Shown piece after piece: positions 37,165 to 47,394 of a stretch of DNA of 64,000 nucleotides (position 1 is the stretch's first letter; every line of letters starts with the position of its first letter). Source of the DNA: a bacterium. GTDB lineage: Bacteria; Patescibacteriota; Minisyncoccia; Phycocordibacterales; JAKAEA01. Location: assembly GCA_021818465.1 (NCBI GenBank), contig JAKAEA010000001.1:375712-439711 (forward strand). Reading direction: 5' to 3'. The notes below the pieces were generated by a model. The model made no database searches. It saw only the letters and a list, made by a program, of their open reading frames with translations, and was not told where the DNA came from. Made by a program: the position numbers and the translations under genes.

Positions 37165-38373
37165 ATGTTTACGATCGAGAAAAAAACAAAAGGATTAATG
37201 CGCGCTGGTGTGATACACACACCGCACGGCGACATCGCAACGCCAGCGTTTGTGCCGGTTGCAACCAAGGCAACCATTAAATCTCTTACTCCCGAACAGG
37301 TGAGCTCACTTGGTGCGCAGGTGATACTCGCCAATACTTACCATCTATATTTGCAACCAGGTGACGAATTGATCAGGCATGCGGGTGGTTTTGGAACGTT
37401 TATGGGTTGGCGTGGTCCAACAATGACCGATTCTGGTGGTTTTCAAGCATTTTCTCTTGGCGCCGCATTTGGTACTGGTATTAGCAAGTTGCTTAAAAAA
37501 AACGATGAACTGATTTTGCCTGAAGCGGTGGCAGATATTGAGGATCGTGAGACTGAACAAGAAAAAAAAGTAGCGCGACTGGCAAAAATTGATCGTGATG
37601 GGGTTATGTTTCGATCATATCTGGATGGTTCAGCTCATTACTTCACACCGGAAAAATCGATTGAAATTCAGCACAATCTTGGTGCGGACATAATTTTTGC
37701 TTTTGACGAATGTACGTCGCCGACCGAGTCAGTTCACTATCAACGTGAAGCTCTTGATCGGACACATGTGTGGGCCAAACGAAGTCTCTTGCATCACCAA
37801 GAAAAGAAAAGTCAACAAGCGCTTTTCGGTATTGTACAAGGTGGGCGACACGAAGAGTTGCGTCGCGCTAGTGCCACAACACTTGGTGCGATGGATTTTG
37901 CTGGTTTCGGTATTGGTGGCAGTTTTGCTAAAGAGGACATGGGTAAAGCGGTGCGTTGGGTTAATGAACTTTTACCGAGTGATCGGCCGCGACATTTACT
38001 TGGTATTGGTGAGCCGGCCGATATTTTTGATGCTGTTTCGAATGGGTGTGATCTTTTTGATTGTGTGGCACCGACTCGTAACGCTCGCACCGGCACGCTC
38101 TACACATCGCACGGAAAAATAAATATTCTTAATAATCAATTTATTACCGATTTTTCACCTATTGATTCATCGTGTGGTTGCTACACGTGTCGTACCTACA
38201 CTCGCGCATACCTCGCCCATCTTTTTCGAGCTAAAGAAATGCTCGCCGCTACGCTTGCTTCAATACATAATCTGTACTATATCGTTCATATGGTTGCGAG
38301 TATTCGTGAAAGTATTTTGAATGATTCGTTTAATGCGTATAGAGATTCTTTTTTTCAAAATTATCAATCTTAA
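37165..38373 (+). CDS. tgt: Queuine tRNA-ribosyltransferase
   Basis: The N-terminus aligns with TGT (GVIHTPHGDIATPAFVPVATKATIK). Catalytic DSGGFQ is present, along with the zinc site CGCYTCRTYTRAYLAHL. The gene starts 9 nt after tRNA-Val. Confidence 0.9.
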   Translation: MFTIEKKTKGLMRAGVIHTPHGDIATPAFVPVATKATIKSLTPEQVSSLGAQVILANTYHLYLQPGDELIRHAGGFGTFMGWRGPTMTDSGGFQAFSLGAAFGTGISKLLKKNDELILPEAVADIEDRETEQEKKVARLAKIDRDGVMFRSYLDGSAHYFTPEKSIEIQHNLGADIIFAFDECTSPTESVHYQREALDRTHVWAKRSLLHHQEKKSQQALFGIVQGGRHEELRRASATTLGAMDFAGFGIGGSFAKEDMGKAVRWVNELLPSDRPRHLLGIGEPADIFDAVSNGCDLFDCVAPTRNARTGTLYTSHGKINILNNQFITDFSPIDSSCGCYTCRTYTRAYLAHLFRAKEMLAATLASIHNLYYIVHMVASIRESILNDSFNAYRDSFFQNYQS

Positions 38374-38561
38374 TTAAAATATTGACACACGGCATATTAA
38401 TTAGTATCCTGAAAATAGAACGGTGCGGCGTCTTCTTCTTATATGGTTCCGACAATTTGTACGGTAGTAGTTGGAACAGTATGCATATCGAAACGTGCCA
38501 GGGCAATTTGCGTGGTAGTAGCTCTGAAAAAACAGGAAACACGCCAATTCTCGCAATTAAG

Positions 38562-38595
38562 CCACTTGACTTACCGGCAGGTCAAGTGGTTTTTT
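38562..38595 (+). terminator. Rho-independent terminator
   Basis: CCACTTGAC, loop TTACCGGCAG, GTCAAGTGG, then TTTTTT. Confidence 0.7.
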
Positions 38596-38645
38596 ACATT
38601 ATGCAAACTCTTGCTATGCACGTGTAAGCTATAGTAAAGTCATAT

Positions 38646-40715
38646 TTGAATATGTCAGAGGCTACGTTCAAACTTTCTCAAAAATTTAAACCATCGGGCG
38701 ACCAACCGCAGGCTATTGCAACGCTCGTGAAGGGTTTTCAGAAGGGCTTACAACATCACACGCTCCTCGGTGTTACCGGTTCTGGTAAAACTTTTACTGC
38801 GGCAAACGTCATCGCTGCGGTGGGAAAACCAACGCTTGTTATTGCGCACAATAAAACATTGGCCGCACAACTTGTCCAAGAGTATCGTGAATTTTTTCCT
38901 GAAAATGCCGTACAGTATTTTGTGTCCTACTACGACTTCTATCAACCTGAAGCGTATATGCCAGTAACTGATACGTACATAGAAAAAGAGGCGCAAATAA
39001 ATGAAGAGATTGATCGTTTGCGCCATGCGGCTACGCAGGCACTTTTGACACGACGCGACGTTGTGGTGGTGGCTACGGTGTCATGTATTTATGGTTTGGG
39101 TTCGCCAGTAGAATACGAGAAAGTGAATATGCGTTTAGAACAAGGGATGCACTTCGGCGTGGGCGGACGCGCAGACCTTATTCGCCGACTCATTACTATT
39201 CACTATGAACGAGTAGCGGGTGATCTGACGCCGGGAACATTTCGCGCGCTGGGTACCATGGTGGAAATTATGCCCGTGAGTGATACAACTATCTACCGTC
39301 TTACTTTTGATGGTCCAAAAATTACCACAATTACACGGCTCGATGCGGTGAGTAGAAAAATTATAGATGATGTAAAAGTGTTTTTTTTATTTCCGGCAAA
39401 GCATTTCATTACCGATACTGATCAGGTGCAGCGAGCGACAAAAACAATTCGAACCGAGCTCGAAGAGCGTTTGGCTGCACTTACAAAAGCCGGCAAACTA
39501 TTAGAAGCCGAGCGCCTTAAACGACGCACCACCTACGACTTAGCAATGATTGCTGAAATTGGCTACTGTAACGGTATTGAAAATTATTCTCGCCATTTTT
39601 CCGGTAAAGCACCTGGTGAACCGCCCGATACCTTACTCTCTTATTTTCCTCACACTGCTAGTGGTGCGCCGGATTTTCTTACGATTATTGATGAATCACA
39701 TGTTACTGTGCCACAAATCGCGGGAATGTTTGCCGGCGATCGTTCACGTAAAGACACACTCGTCGAGCACGGATTCCGTTTACCGAGTGCTCGCGATAAT
39801 CGACCACTGCAATTTAAAGAATTTGAAGCGCGTGTTGGTCAAACACTCTATACATCGGCAACACCTGGTACCTACGAACGTGACCACAGTGTGCCACCCA
39901 ATGGTCAGATTATTGAACAGGTTATTCGCCCCACAGGTCTCGTTGATCCCGAGTTGGAAGTACGACCAATCATCGAACGGAAACCAGTATATAAAGGTCA
40001 AATTTTTGATTTTATTGATGAAGCAGAAAAAACGATTGCTCGTGGCGGTCGCGTCATTGCTACCACGCTTACGAAAAAGATGGCTGAAGATTTGAGTGAA
40101 TTTCTCAAAGAGCGACATTTGAAAGCTGCGTATGTACACAGCGATGTTAAAACTATAGAGCGTATCGAAATACTAACAAATTTTCGTAAGGGTATTTTTG
40201 ATATATTGGTTGGAGTGAATCTTTTGCGTGAAGGTCTTGATTTACCAGAAGTACAACTTATTGGAATTCTTGATGCAGACAAAGAAGGATTTTTACGTTC
40301 CGAAACATCACTGATTCAAACCATTGGTCGAGCGGCGCGCAACGTCCTCGGGCGCGTCATTCTCTATGCCGATACTATTACTGGTTCTATGGAGCGCGCT
40401 ATTTCCGAAACTAACCGTCGCCGCGCGTTGCAAATCGCGTACAACAAAAAGCACAACATCACTCCTAAAACTATTGAAAAGAAAATTCATGACATTACTG
40501 ATCAGTTAGCGACTGAACACACGAAAGCTATTAAGGAGTTGGCCACTATAGACGCTGAAGCATTTAAGAAAAATCCTCAAGCACTTATTAAAAACAAGGA
40601 AAAACAAATGGCAGAGGCTGTCAAGGATTTAGATTTTGAAACAGCGGCTTTGCTTCGCGACGAAATAAAAATGTTACAAAAAACACCTTCGCCACGGCGA
40701 AAAAGGTCACGCTAA
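38646..40715 (+). CDS. uvrB: Excinuclease ABC subunit B
   Basis: GVTGSGKTFT, YYDFYQPEAY, helicase motifs, and a C-terminal UVR domain (ETAALLRDEIKMLQ). Confidence 0.9.
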   Translation: MNMSEATFKLSQKFKPSGDQPQAIATLVKGFQKGLQHHTLLGVTGSGKTFTAANVIAAVGKPTLVIAHNKTLAAQLVQEYREFFPENAVQYFVSYYDFYQPEAYMPVTDTYIEKEAQINEEIDRLRHAATQALLTRRDVVVVATVSCIYGLGSPVEYEKVNMRLEQGMHFGVGGRADLIRRLITIHYERVAGDLTPGTFRALGTMVEIMPVSDTTIYRLTFDGPKITTITRLDAVSRKIIDDVKVFFLFPAKHFITDTDQVQRATKTIRTELEERLAALTKAGKLLEAERLKRRTTYDLAMIAEIGYCNGIENYSRHFSGKAPGEPPDTLLSYFPHTASGAPDFLTIIDESHVTVPQIAGMFAGDRSRKDTLVEHGFRLPSARDNRPLQFKEFEARVGQTLYTSATPGTYERDHSVPPNGQIIEQVIRPTGLVDPELEVRPIIERKPVYKGQIFDFIDEAEKTIARGGRVIATTLTKKMAEDLSEFLKERHLKAAYVHSDVKTIERIEILTNFRKGIFDILVGVNLLREGLDLPEVQLIGILDADKEGFLRSETSLIQTIGRAARNVLGRVILYADTITGSMERAISETNRRRALQIAYNKKHNITPKTIEKKIHDITDQLATEHTKAIKELATIDAEAFKKNPQALIKNKEKQMAEAVKDLDFETAALLRDEIKMLQKTPSPRRKRSR

Positions 40716-40858
40716 CTTGTATTATCATTTTTAGTATGTTATAATTACATTTAGACATGTTTAGGTGTGTATTCCTAACATGATTAGTTCATGAGTCGTT
40801 TACTTATGAACATATATATCTATATATTGAACGCAAAAGCGTTCGGAAAGGAATCCTT

Positions 40859-41053
40859 ATGCTAGTATTATCCCGACAAAGGGATGAGTCCATCATGATT
40901 GGCGAAGGAATAGAAATCGTCATCGTGGACGTGCGAAACGGCAAAGTGCGGCTAGGTATCACTGCACCTCCGACCATCCCCGTACACCGGAAGGAGGTGT
41001 ACGAAAGCATACGGGCTAACGTGCCACCTCCAGTAAAAAATAATAGAAGGTGA
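40859..41053 (+). CDS. csrA: Carbon storage regulator CsrA (RNA-binding translational regulator)
   Basis: [51 protein letters not shown] matches the CsrA consensus almost residue by residue. Confidence 0.85.
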   Translation: MLVLSRQRDESIMIGEGIEIVIVDVRNGKVRLGITAPPTIPVHRKEVYESIRANVPPPVKNNRR

Positions 41054-41058
41054 CACTC

Positions 41059-41089
41059 GCCGCAGATCTTCAGGATCTGCGGCTTTTTT
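41059..41089 (+). terminator. Rho-independent terminator after csrA
   Basis: GCCGCAGATC, loop TTCAG, GATCTGCGGC, then TTTTTT. Confidence 0.7.
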
Positions 41090-41191
41090 ATTTGCACGCT
41101 TCTAAAAATGATGCTACGATTTTTTATACCTATCCCCAGCGCCACACACTGGGGCTTTGCGCATTTTATGAAAAACCATACAAAAACCGAT

Positions 41192-43864
41192 ATGAGCGGA
41201 GAACACAAAGACAAAATCGTTGTGAAGGGTGCACGTACGCATAATCTCAAAAACATTACTGTAGAAATGCCGCGCGACAAGATGGTTGTCTTCACTGGAC
41301 TTTCTGGTTCCGGTAAATCGTCATTGGCTTTTGATACGATTTTTGCTGAAGGACAGCGACGCTATGTTGAGTCGCTTTCGTCATATGCCCGTCAATTTTT
41401 ACGTCAGATGCAAAAGCCGGACGTTGATGAAATACAAGGTTTGTCACCAGCCATTTCTATTGATCAGAAATCTCGATCTAATAATCCACGTTCTAATGTT
41501 GCCACCATCACTGAAATCTACGACTATCTACGTATTCTTTTTGCTCGCGTTGGTAAACCACATTGCTTAGTGTGTGGTCGTGAGATCAAACGCTTATCAC
41601 ACGAAGAAATTTTGGCAACCATTTTGGAGGTCGCCGGAGATGTTTCCGGAAAAGATATTGAAAAAAAGGTGCTCAACGTGCCGATTAACGAAACAAAATT
41701 ACTTCTCTACGCTCCGGTCGTCGTGGGACGCAAAGGTGAATACTATCAGTTGCTCTACGATTTGCTTGGTAAGGGCTATGAACAAGTGCGTATTGATGGT
41801 CATATAAAAAAATTACGGGAGCAAATCTTACTTGATAAAAACAAGAAACACGACATTGACGTGCTTGTTGATGCGCTGTATACAAGTGAGCTTACGAAGG
41901 TAGAAGGACGTGAGCGTTTGAGTGAAGCAATAGAGCGCGCGCTTATAGAATCAAGTGGTCTGTTGCGTATTCAACTTGTCGCTCAGCAGAGTGTACTGCA
42001 CGAACGGCTCATTTCTTCAAAATTTATGTGTCCGTATGACGGCTTCAGTTACCCAGAAATTGAACCGCGACTCTTTTCGTTTAATTCTCCCTACGGTGCA
42101 TGTCCCGCATGTAATGGTCTTGGTACTGAGCATTTTTGGAGCGATGATCCGTGTCCAGTGTGTAATGGTACGCGATTGCGAGAGGAAGCGCTCCATGTGT
42201 ATCTTGGCGACAACGCGTTGCTTAAAAAAATTAATGCTCGTGCATCACAGCGTACAGCGGCCGATGCATTATCGGGCGCTGAGTATCATCAACCAGAAGG
42301 ACTGAGTGTTGCCGATCTCATCTCACTTTCTATCGCTGATGCAAGCGCTTTTTTTGCATCGTTAAAACTTACTCCTAAAGAGCGCTCTATCGCTAAAGTG
42401 CTACTCCGTGAGATTGAAGCACGATTACATTTTATGCAAGATGTTGGTATTGAGTATTTGAGTTTAAATCGTCGCGCCAATACACTCTCTGGTGGGGAAG
42501 CGCAACGTATTCGCCTTGCTTCACAGCTCGGTTCCGGTTTAGTTGGTGCACTCTATGTTTTAGATGAGCCGACCATTGGTTTACACCAACGTGACAATGA
42601 TCGCTTAATAAAAACATTGCTTGATTTGCGCGATGCCGGCAATACTATTCTCGTGGTAGAGCACGATGAAGATACAATTTTTGCGAGCGACTACATTGTT
42701 GATATTGGACCAGGTGCCGGCGTACATGGTGGCAAAGTGGTGGTGGCTGGTTGGCTTGAAGAACTACTCACGGCAAAAAAGAATGATTCAAAATCTTTAA
42801 CCCTGGCATATTTGCGTGGCGAAGAAAAAATTGAGGTGCCGCGCGAGCGTCGTACTGAAAACGCTGGTAAAATAATGATTCGTGACGCCAACGTGTTTAA
42901 CATTACAAAAATGGACGTGGATGTACCGCTCGGCAAGCTCGTTATGGTGACTGGCGTTTCTGGATCGGGTAAATCGACTTTTTTATACGAGCTCCTTTAT
43001 AAAAATTTACAAGCCCGTCTTGATCGAAAACATCGTTCGGCTAACACTTTTAATTGTGCTAGTTTTGCTGGTACCGAATATCTTGGTCGCACTGTTCTTA
43101 TTGACCAAAGCGCTATCGGTCGTACGCCGCGTTCTAATCCAGCTACGTATACTGGTGCTTGGACGTTTATCCGCGATCTGTTTGCTGCCGAACCGGAAGC
43201 GCGGGCTCGTGGTTGGAAAGCTAATCGTTTCAGTTTTAACGTTAAGGGTGGCCGCTGTGAAGCTTGTCAGGGTAATGGAGAGGTAGCTGTAGAAATGAGT
43301 TTTCTACCAACCGTGTATGTGCCGTGTGATATTTGTGATGGTAAGCGGTTCATGAAAGAAACACTAGAAATTGTGTATAAAAAGAAAAATATCTACGACG
43401 TATTACGCATGACTGTGGAAGAGGCGTTAGATTTTTTCCAAGATATTCCCGCCATATCTGATCGCTTGCGTGTACTCAACGATGTTGGCCTTGGCTATCT
43501 TGAGCTTGGCCAATCGGCAACAACGCTTTCTGGCGGGGAAGCACAACGCGTTAAAATTTCTGCTGAACTGTATCGACCGCATGTACAAAAATCAATCTAT
43601 CTTTTGGACGAGCCAACTATTGGTCTTCACTATGAGGATGTTCGTAAACTTATTGAGATTTTACAAAAACTTGTCGATAAAGGTAACACGGTGGTTGTTA
43701 TTGAGCACAATATGGATCTTATTAAATCCGCCGACTACATTATAGATATCGGTCCTGAAGGCGGTGTGGGTGGTGGTACTATTGTGGCTACAGGCACCCC
43801 TGAAGACGTTGCTGCCACTGCTAAAAGTCACACCGGCCACTATCTTAAAAAAGTTCTCAAATAA
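41192..43864 (+). CDS. uvrA: Excinuclease ABC subunit A
   Basis: [50 protein letters not shown]. Two ABC modules and zinc-finger Cys pairs. I moved the start to ATG 41192 by alignment with the UvrA N-terminus. Confidence 0.9.
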   Translation: MSGEHKDKIVVKGARTHNLKNITVEMPRDKMVVFTGLSGSGKSSLAFDTIFAEGQRRYVESLSSYARQFLRQMQKPDVDEIQGLSPAISIDQKSRSNNPRSNVATITEIYDYLRILFARVGKPHCLVCGREIKRLSHEEILATILEVAGDVSGKDIEKKVLNVPINETKLLLYAPVVVGRKGEYYQLLYDLLGKGYEQVRIDGHIKKLREQILLDKNKKHDIDVLVDALYTSELTKVEGRERLSEAIERALIESSGLLRIQLVAQQSVLHERLISSKFMCPYDGFSYPEIEPRLFSFNSPYGACPACNGLGTEHFWSDDPCPVCNGTRLREEALHVYLGDNALLKKINARASQRTAADALSGAEYHQPEGLSVADLISLSIADASAFFASLKLTPKERSIAKVLLREIEARLHFMQDVGIEYLSLNRRANTLSGGEAQRIRLASQLGSGLVGALYVLDEPTIGLHQRDNDRLIKTLLDLRDAGNTILVVEHDEDTIFASDYIVDIGPGAGVHGGKVVVAGWLEELLTAKKNDSKSLTLAYLRGEEKIEVPRERRTENAGKIMIRDANVFNITKMDVDVPLGKLVMVTGVSGSGKSTFLYELLYKNLQARLDRKHRSANTFNCASFAGTEYLGRTVLIDQSAIGRTPRSNPATYTGAWTFIRDLFAAEPEARARGWKANRFSFNVKGGRCEACQGNGEVAVEMSFLPTVYVPCDICDGKRFMKETLEIVYKKKNIYDVLRMTVEEALDFFQDIPAISDRLRVLNDVGLGYLELGQSATTLSGGEAQRVKISAELYRPHVQKSIYLLDEPTIGLHYEDVRKLIEILQKLVDKGNTVVVIEHNMDLIKSADYIIDIGPEGGVGGGTIVATGTPEDVAATAKSHTGHYLKKVLK

Positions 43865-43911
43865 ATCTAAATAAAAAAGACTAATCTCTTCGGACTAGTC
43901 TTGCGTTTTTT

Positions 43912-44181
43912 TCAATTTCTTTTCGCAGCCTCTGCATGAAGGCCACAATCTGGACAATATCCTTGGATAAGAATATTTCTACAATTATTTCCCCGAATAC
44001 CAATGGCTCTAGGATGGGTACAGCTACGCTGTAAGTCTTGAAGTTCCTCTACAAGTTTCATCATATTTTCGTGATATATGCTTTGGGCTTTTTGCAACGC
44101 GTCTTCGTTTCGTTGCTTACGCCGCATAATTGAATTGTACTGTTGTTTGACTGAGTTACTGGTACTGTCTGACATTTTCAA
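43912..44181 (-). CDS. Small Cys/His-containing protein (possible zinc ribbon), unknown function
   Basis: 89 aa with a C-terminal Cx17C(N)..Cx2C..H pattern (SCTHPRAIGIRGNNCRN..GYCPDCGLH). It lies convergent between uvrA and uvrC. Confidence 0.3.
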   Translation of the reverse strand: MKMSDSTSNSVKQQYNSIMRRKQRNEDALQKAQSIYHENMMKLVEELQDLQRSCTHPRAIGIRGNNCRNILIQGYCPDCGLHAEAAKRN

Positions 44182-44239
44182 TACTCCTTTTCATAAAATT
44201 TTATTGAAAAAATTCTAAAAATAGATTACTATAAATTTT

Positions 44240-45514
44240 ATGACTAGTCAAGAATTTACAGAATATATTGCGCCTAATCTTCCTGATGCACCTGGTGTTT
44301 ATCTTTTTAAAGATGCAGCGAATGTAGTATTGTACGTTGGTAAAGCTACGTCGCTGCGCGACCGAGTACGCAGCTATTTTGGCGCAGATTTGATTGCAAC
44401 ACGTGGCCGACGACTGGTAGATATGGTAGCTAAAACTATGACCATTGACACCATTACAACTGATTCCGTAGTGGAGGCTCTGATTTTAGAAGCGAACTTA
44501 ATAAAATATCACCAACCACCTTATAATATTGAAGAAAAAGACAATCGCAGCTGGAATTATGTTGTAATAACCGAAGAGGATTTCCCACAAGTGGTATTGG
44601 TGCGTGGCCGAGTTTTAGCAACAGAAATATCTAAAAAGTATCGCTTCGTGTTCGGCCCCTTTCCGTATGGCGGTCAATTAAAAGAAGCCATAAAGATCGT
44701 TCGAAAGATTTTTCCGTTTCGTGATGAGAAGTGTATCCCAGCAAATGTGCAGTTGGCTACCGGCAAAACGCCGCGGCCATGTTTCAATCGACAAATCGGC
44801 CTTTGTCCCGGTGTGTGCACTGGCGAAATTAGCCGCGAAGCATACGCCGAACAAATTGCGCACATCGTTTTGTTTTTTCAGGGAAAGAAAAAAGAGTTGC
44901 TTAGTGAACTCACACAAGAAATGAACACCCTGGCTGTACAAGAAAAATTTGAGGAAGCCGCGCACATTCGCCAAACCATATTCGCACTTAATCATATTCA
45001 AGACATTGCTGTGTTAAAACGCCACGATAAACTTGGCGATATGCGTGGCGGTACACCCGATAGCAACTCGCCAGCAGGTTTTCGCATTGAGGCGTACGAT
45101 GTTGCCCACGTCAGTGGCGCGCACACGGTGGGAGTAATGACGGTTATGCGTGATGGCGAACCAGTAAAGAGTTCGTATCGAAAATTTCGTATTCGTTCAA
45201 CAGCTGGTGGCGATATTGGTGCAGTGCAAGAAATTTTACGTCGACGACTCACGCACCTGGAATGGCCCCTACCACAACTTATCGTGGTTGATGGTGGACG
45301 GGCACACATACAGGCCGCAAAAAAAGTGCTCACAGCGCACGGTTTTACTATTGATGTGGTGGCGGTGGTAAAAGATAAACGACATAAACCACGAGATATT
45401 ATTGCCTCAGCCGCACTACAAGAAAAATATGGAGATGCACTATTACTAGCAAATGCTGAAGCACATCGTTTTGCTGTGGCCTACCACCGCCACCGTCGTG
45501 ATCGACTCAGTTAA
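44240..45514 (+). CDS. uvrC: Excinuclease ABC subunit C (short form lacking C-terminal HhH pair)
   Basis: GIY-YIG N-terminus (GVYLFKDAANVVLYVGKATSLRDRVRSYF), UVR domain (QEKFEEAAHIRQTIFAL) and an RNase H-like endonuclease region. Confidence 0.85.
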   Translation: MTSQEFTEYIAPNLPDAPGVYLFKDAANVVLYVGKATSLRDRVRSYFGADLIATRGRRLVDMVAKTMTIDTITTDSVVEALILEANLIKYHQPPYNIEEKDNRSWNYVVITEEDFPQVVLVRGRVLATEISKKYRFVFGPFPYGGQLKEAIKIVRKIFPFRDEKCIPANVQLATGKTPRPCFNRQIGLCPGVCTGEISREAYAEQIAHIVLFFQGKKKELLSELTQEMNTLAVQEKFEEAAHIRQTIFALNHIQDIAVLKRHDKLGDMRGGTPDSNSPAGFRIEAYDVAHVSGAHTVGVMTVMRDGEPVKSSYRKFRIRSTAGGDIGAVQEILRRRLTHLEWPLPQLIVVDGGRAHIQAAKKVLTAHGFTIDVVAVVKDKRHKPRDIIASAALQEKYGDALLLANAEAHRFAVAYHRHRRDRLS

Positions 45515-45544
45515 GTTCGCAACGAAATTTGTTATACTACCTGT

Positions 45545-46537
45545 ATGTCAAAAATGGTTGTGGCTGTGCTGCGAGGCGGGCCATCAAGTGAATATGAAGT
45601 TTCATTGAAATCAGGTGCTACGGTGTTACGACATTTAGAACAACAGCCGTTTGCGGAAAAATACCAACCGCTAGATATTCTTATTTCTCGTACTGGCACG
45701 TGGCACCGTGATGGTTACGAGCGATCACCTGCACGAGCACTCGCTGGCAGTGATGTTGTATTTAATGCGCTGCACGGTCAATTTGGTGAAGATGGTCGTG
45801 TCCAAAAAATTCTTGACGATCTCGCTGTGCCGTACACAGGTTCTCGTGCTTTTACATCAGCACTCGGCATGAATAAAGCGCTCTCTAAAGAACTGTTCAA
45901 GCGTGCTGACATTAAGACTCCATACCATATAGTAATTCGTCGAGGTGAAGACGTACGAGAAAAATATAATCACGTGTTCCACCATTTTTTATTACCGTTC
46001 ATAGTCAAACCAGCCAGTGCCGGCTCCTCTGTAGGTGTAACGATGGTCACAAAATACATTGATTTTTTCACTGCCCTAGACGTAGCCCTCGCGCACAGTG
46101 ACGCGGCGCTTGTAGAAGAATATATTCACGGTCAAGAGGCGACGTGCGCTATTGTCGATGATTTTCGCAATCAAGAATTGTACGCTTTGCCGCCAGTCGA
46201 AATTATTCCGCCAGTCACCAGTCCGTTTTTTGATTATCAAGCTAAATATATGGACGGTGCCCAAGCCGCGCAAGAACGGTGTCCAGGTAATTTCTCTGTT
46301 ACCCAAAAACAAGAAATTGAGCGCGTGGCTCGTGCTGTTCATCAAGCCTTTGGTGCTCGCCATTATTCTCGTACCGACTTTCTTGTTACCCCACGCCGCG
46401 GGATATACGTGTTGGAAATCAACACACTACCTGGATTAACTACCACATCACTCCTGCCCAAATCATTAGCTGCCGTTGGTGCTGGTCTCGGCGACTTTTT
46501 TGACCACATCATTAACTTGGCCAGAAATGGAAAATAG
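45545..46537 (+). CDS. ddl: D-alanine--D-alanine ligase
   Basis: The N-terminus VVAVLRGGPSSEYEVSLKSG, an ATP-grasp body and the C-terminal EINTLPG. Confidence 0.85.
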   Translation: MSKMVVAVLRGGPSSEYEVSLKSGATVLRHLEQQPFAEKYQPLDILISRTGTWHRDGYERSPARALAGSDVVFNALHGQFGEDGRVQKILDDLAVPYTGSRAFTSALGMNKALSKELFKRADIKTPYHIVIRRGEDVREKYNHVFHHFLLPFIVKPASAGSSVGVTMVTKYIDFFTALDVALAHSDAALVEEYIHGQEATCAIVDDFRNQELYALPPVEIIPPVTSPFFDYQAKYMDGAQAAQERCPGNFSVTQKQEIERVARAVHQAFGARHYSRTDFLVTPRRGIYVLEINTLPGLTTTSLLPKSLAAVGAGLGDFFDHIINLARNGK

Positions 46538-46560
46538 GGTAGGATAGTTAGGCAAAATCT

Positions 46561-46633
46561 GGGCCCATAGCTCAGTTGGTAGAGCGCCCGCTTTGCAAGC
46601 GGGAGGTCAGCGGTTCGAACCCGCTTGGGTCCA
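46561..46633 (+). tRNA. tRNA-Ala (anticodon TGC)
   Basis: GGGCCCATAGCTCAGTTGGTAGAGC, anticodon loop TTTGCAA, G3:U70, acceptor TGGGTCC plus A. Confidence 0.8.
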
Positions 46634-46669
46634 CCGCACGTAATGCCAGCACCAGATTGCACAACCTTC

Positions 46670-46743
46670 GGGCCTATAGTCTAGTAGTACGACGCGGCAT
46701 TCGCATTGCCGAGGCGGGGGTGCGATTCCCCCTAGGTCCACCA
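46670..46743 (+). tRNA. tRNA-Ala (anticodon CGC), CCA encoded; atypical T-loop
   Basis: Acceptor GGGCCTA/TAGGTCC with G3:U70, anticodon stem-loop CGGCA TTCGCAT TGCCG. The T-loop reads TGCGATT, with G at position 55. Confidence 0.55.
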
Positions 46744-46744
46744 T

Positions 46745-46818
46745 CGGGCTGTAGTATAACGGTAGTATACACGCATGGGGTGCGTGCGGCCCGGGTTCAA
46801 TTCCCGGCAGCCCGACCA
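46745..46818 (+). tRNA. tRNA-Pro (anticodon GGG), CCA encoded
   Basis: A C1:G72 acceptor (CGGGCTG/CAGCCCG), anticodon loop ATGGGGT, T-arm CCGGGTTCAATTCCCGG. It starts 1 nt after the preceding tRNA. Confidence 0.75.
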
Positions 46819-46828
46819 ATAGATATAA

Positions 46829-46852
46829 CAAAACCCGCCGAAGCGGGTTTTG
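46829..46852. terminator. Bidirectional terminator after the tRNA cluster
   Basis: AAAA, CCCGC, cgaa, GCGGG, TTTT. A GNRA-like tetraloop hairpin with symmetric A and T runs. Confidence 0.6.
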
Positions 46853-46874
46853 TTATGGAAAAAAGAAAAACCAA

Positions 46875-47273
46875 TTACATTGGATTGGAAGATGGTGATG
46901 TTTGGGAATTTCCCATATTTCCTTTACTTTTTGCATAGCCGCCCAAAACAAGAATAATACCCAACACCAAATTGAGCCAGGTATCAGCCATGTTTGCGCC
47001 AATAAAACTAAACAAAGCACTAGACTGAAAAAGACCATCAATAAAGAGGATCAATTCCAAAACACCTATAATTTTGAGCCACAATGCCGACGCACCTTCA
47101 CCAGCACCAGCTGCGATGAGCAGAGCGATGCCGAAGATTAGATACATAATGTTGTATGTTACGTCGGTGGTGAAGAGACTATTATTTGCTCCAATAAATT
47201 GATTGGGAATAAAAGCCACAAGACTCAAGACCACAAAAACAATACCGAGAATGATTGCCAACGTTTTAGCCAT
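46875..47273 (-). CDS. Small polytopic membrane protein
   Basis: Four predicted TM helices and no catalytic motif. Confidence 0.35.
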   Translation of the reverse strand: MAKTLAIILGIVFVVLSLVAFIPNQFIGANNSLFTTDVTYNIMYLIFGIALLIAAGAGEGASALWLKIIGVLELILFIDGLFQSSALFSFIGANMADTWLNLVLGIILVLGGYAKSKGNMGNSQTSPSSNPM

Positions 47274-47394
47274 AGAAATGTACTTTAATTTATTGCTAAT
47301 TCATCGACCTTTTGATTACACTATAAAAAGTATAACGCATACTATATTGGGTACGGATACACCTGTGGATAATTAATTTTGCTATAATCAATAG

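Noticed and set aside
37041-37334. ORFs 37041-37280 (+) and 37116-37334 (-) overlapping tRNA-Val.
   Set aside because: The region is occupied by a well-formed tRNA-Val and the tgt start, so the ORFs are spurious.
46363-46938. ORFs 46363-46662 (-), 46576-46938 (+) and 46607-46831 (-) over the tRNA cluster.
   Set aside because: They overlap three canonical tRNAs and a terminator and have no coding signal.
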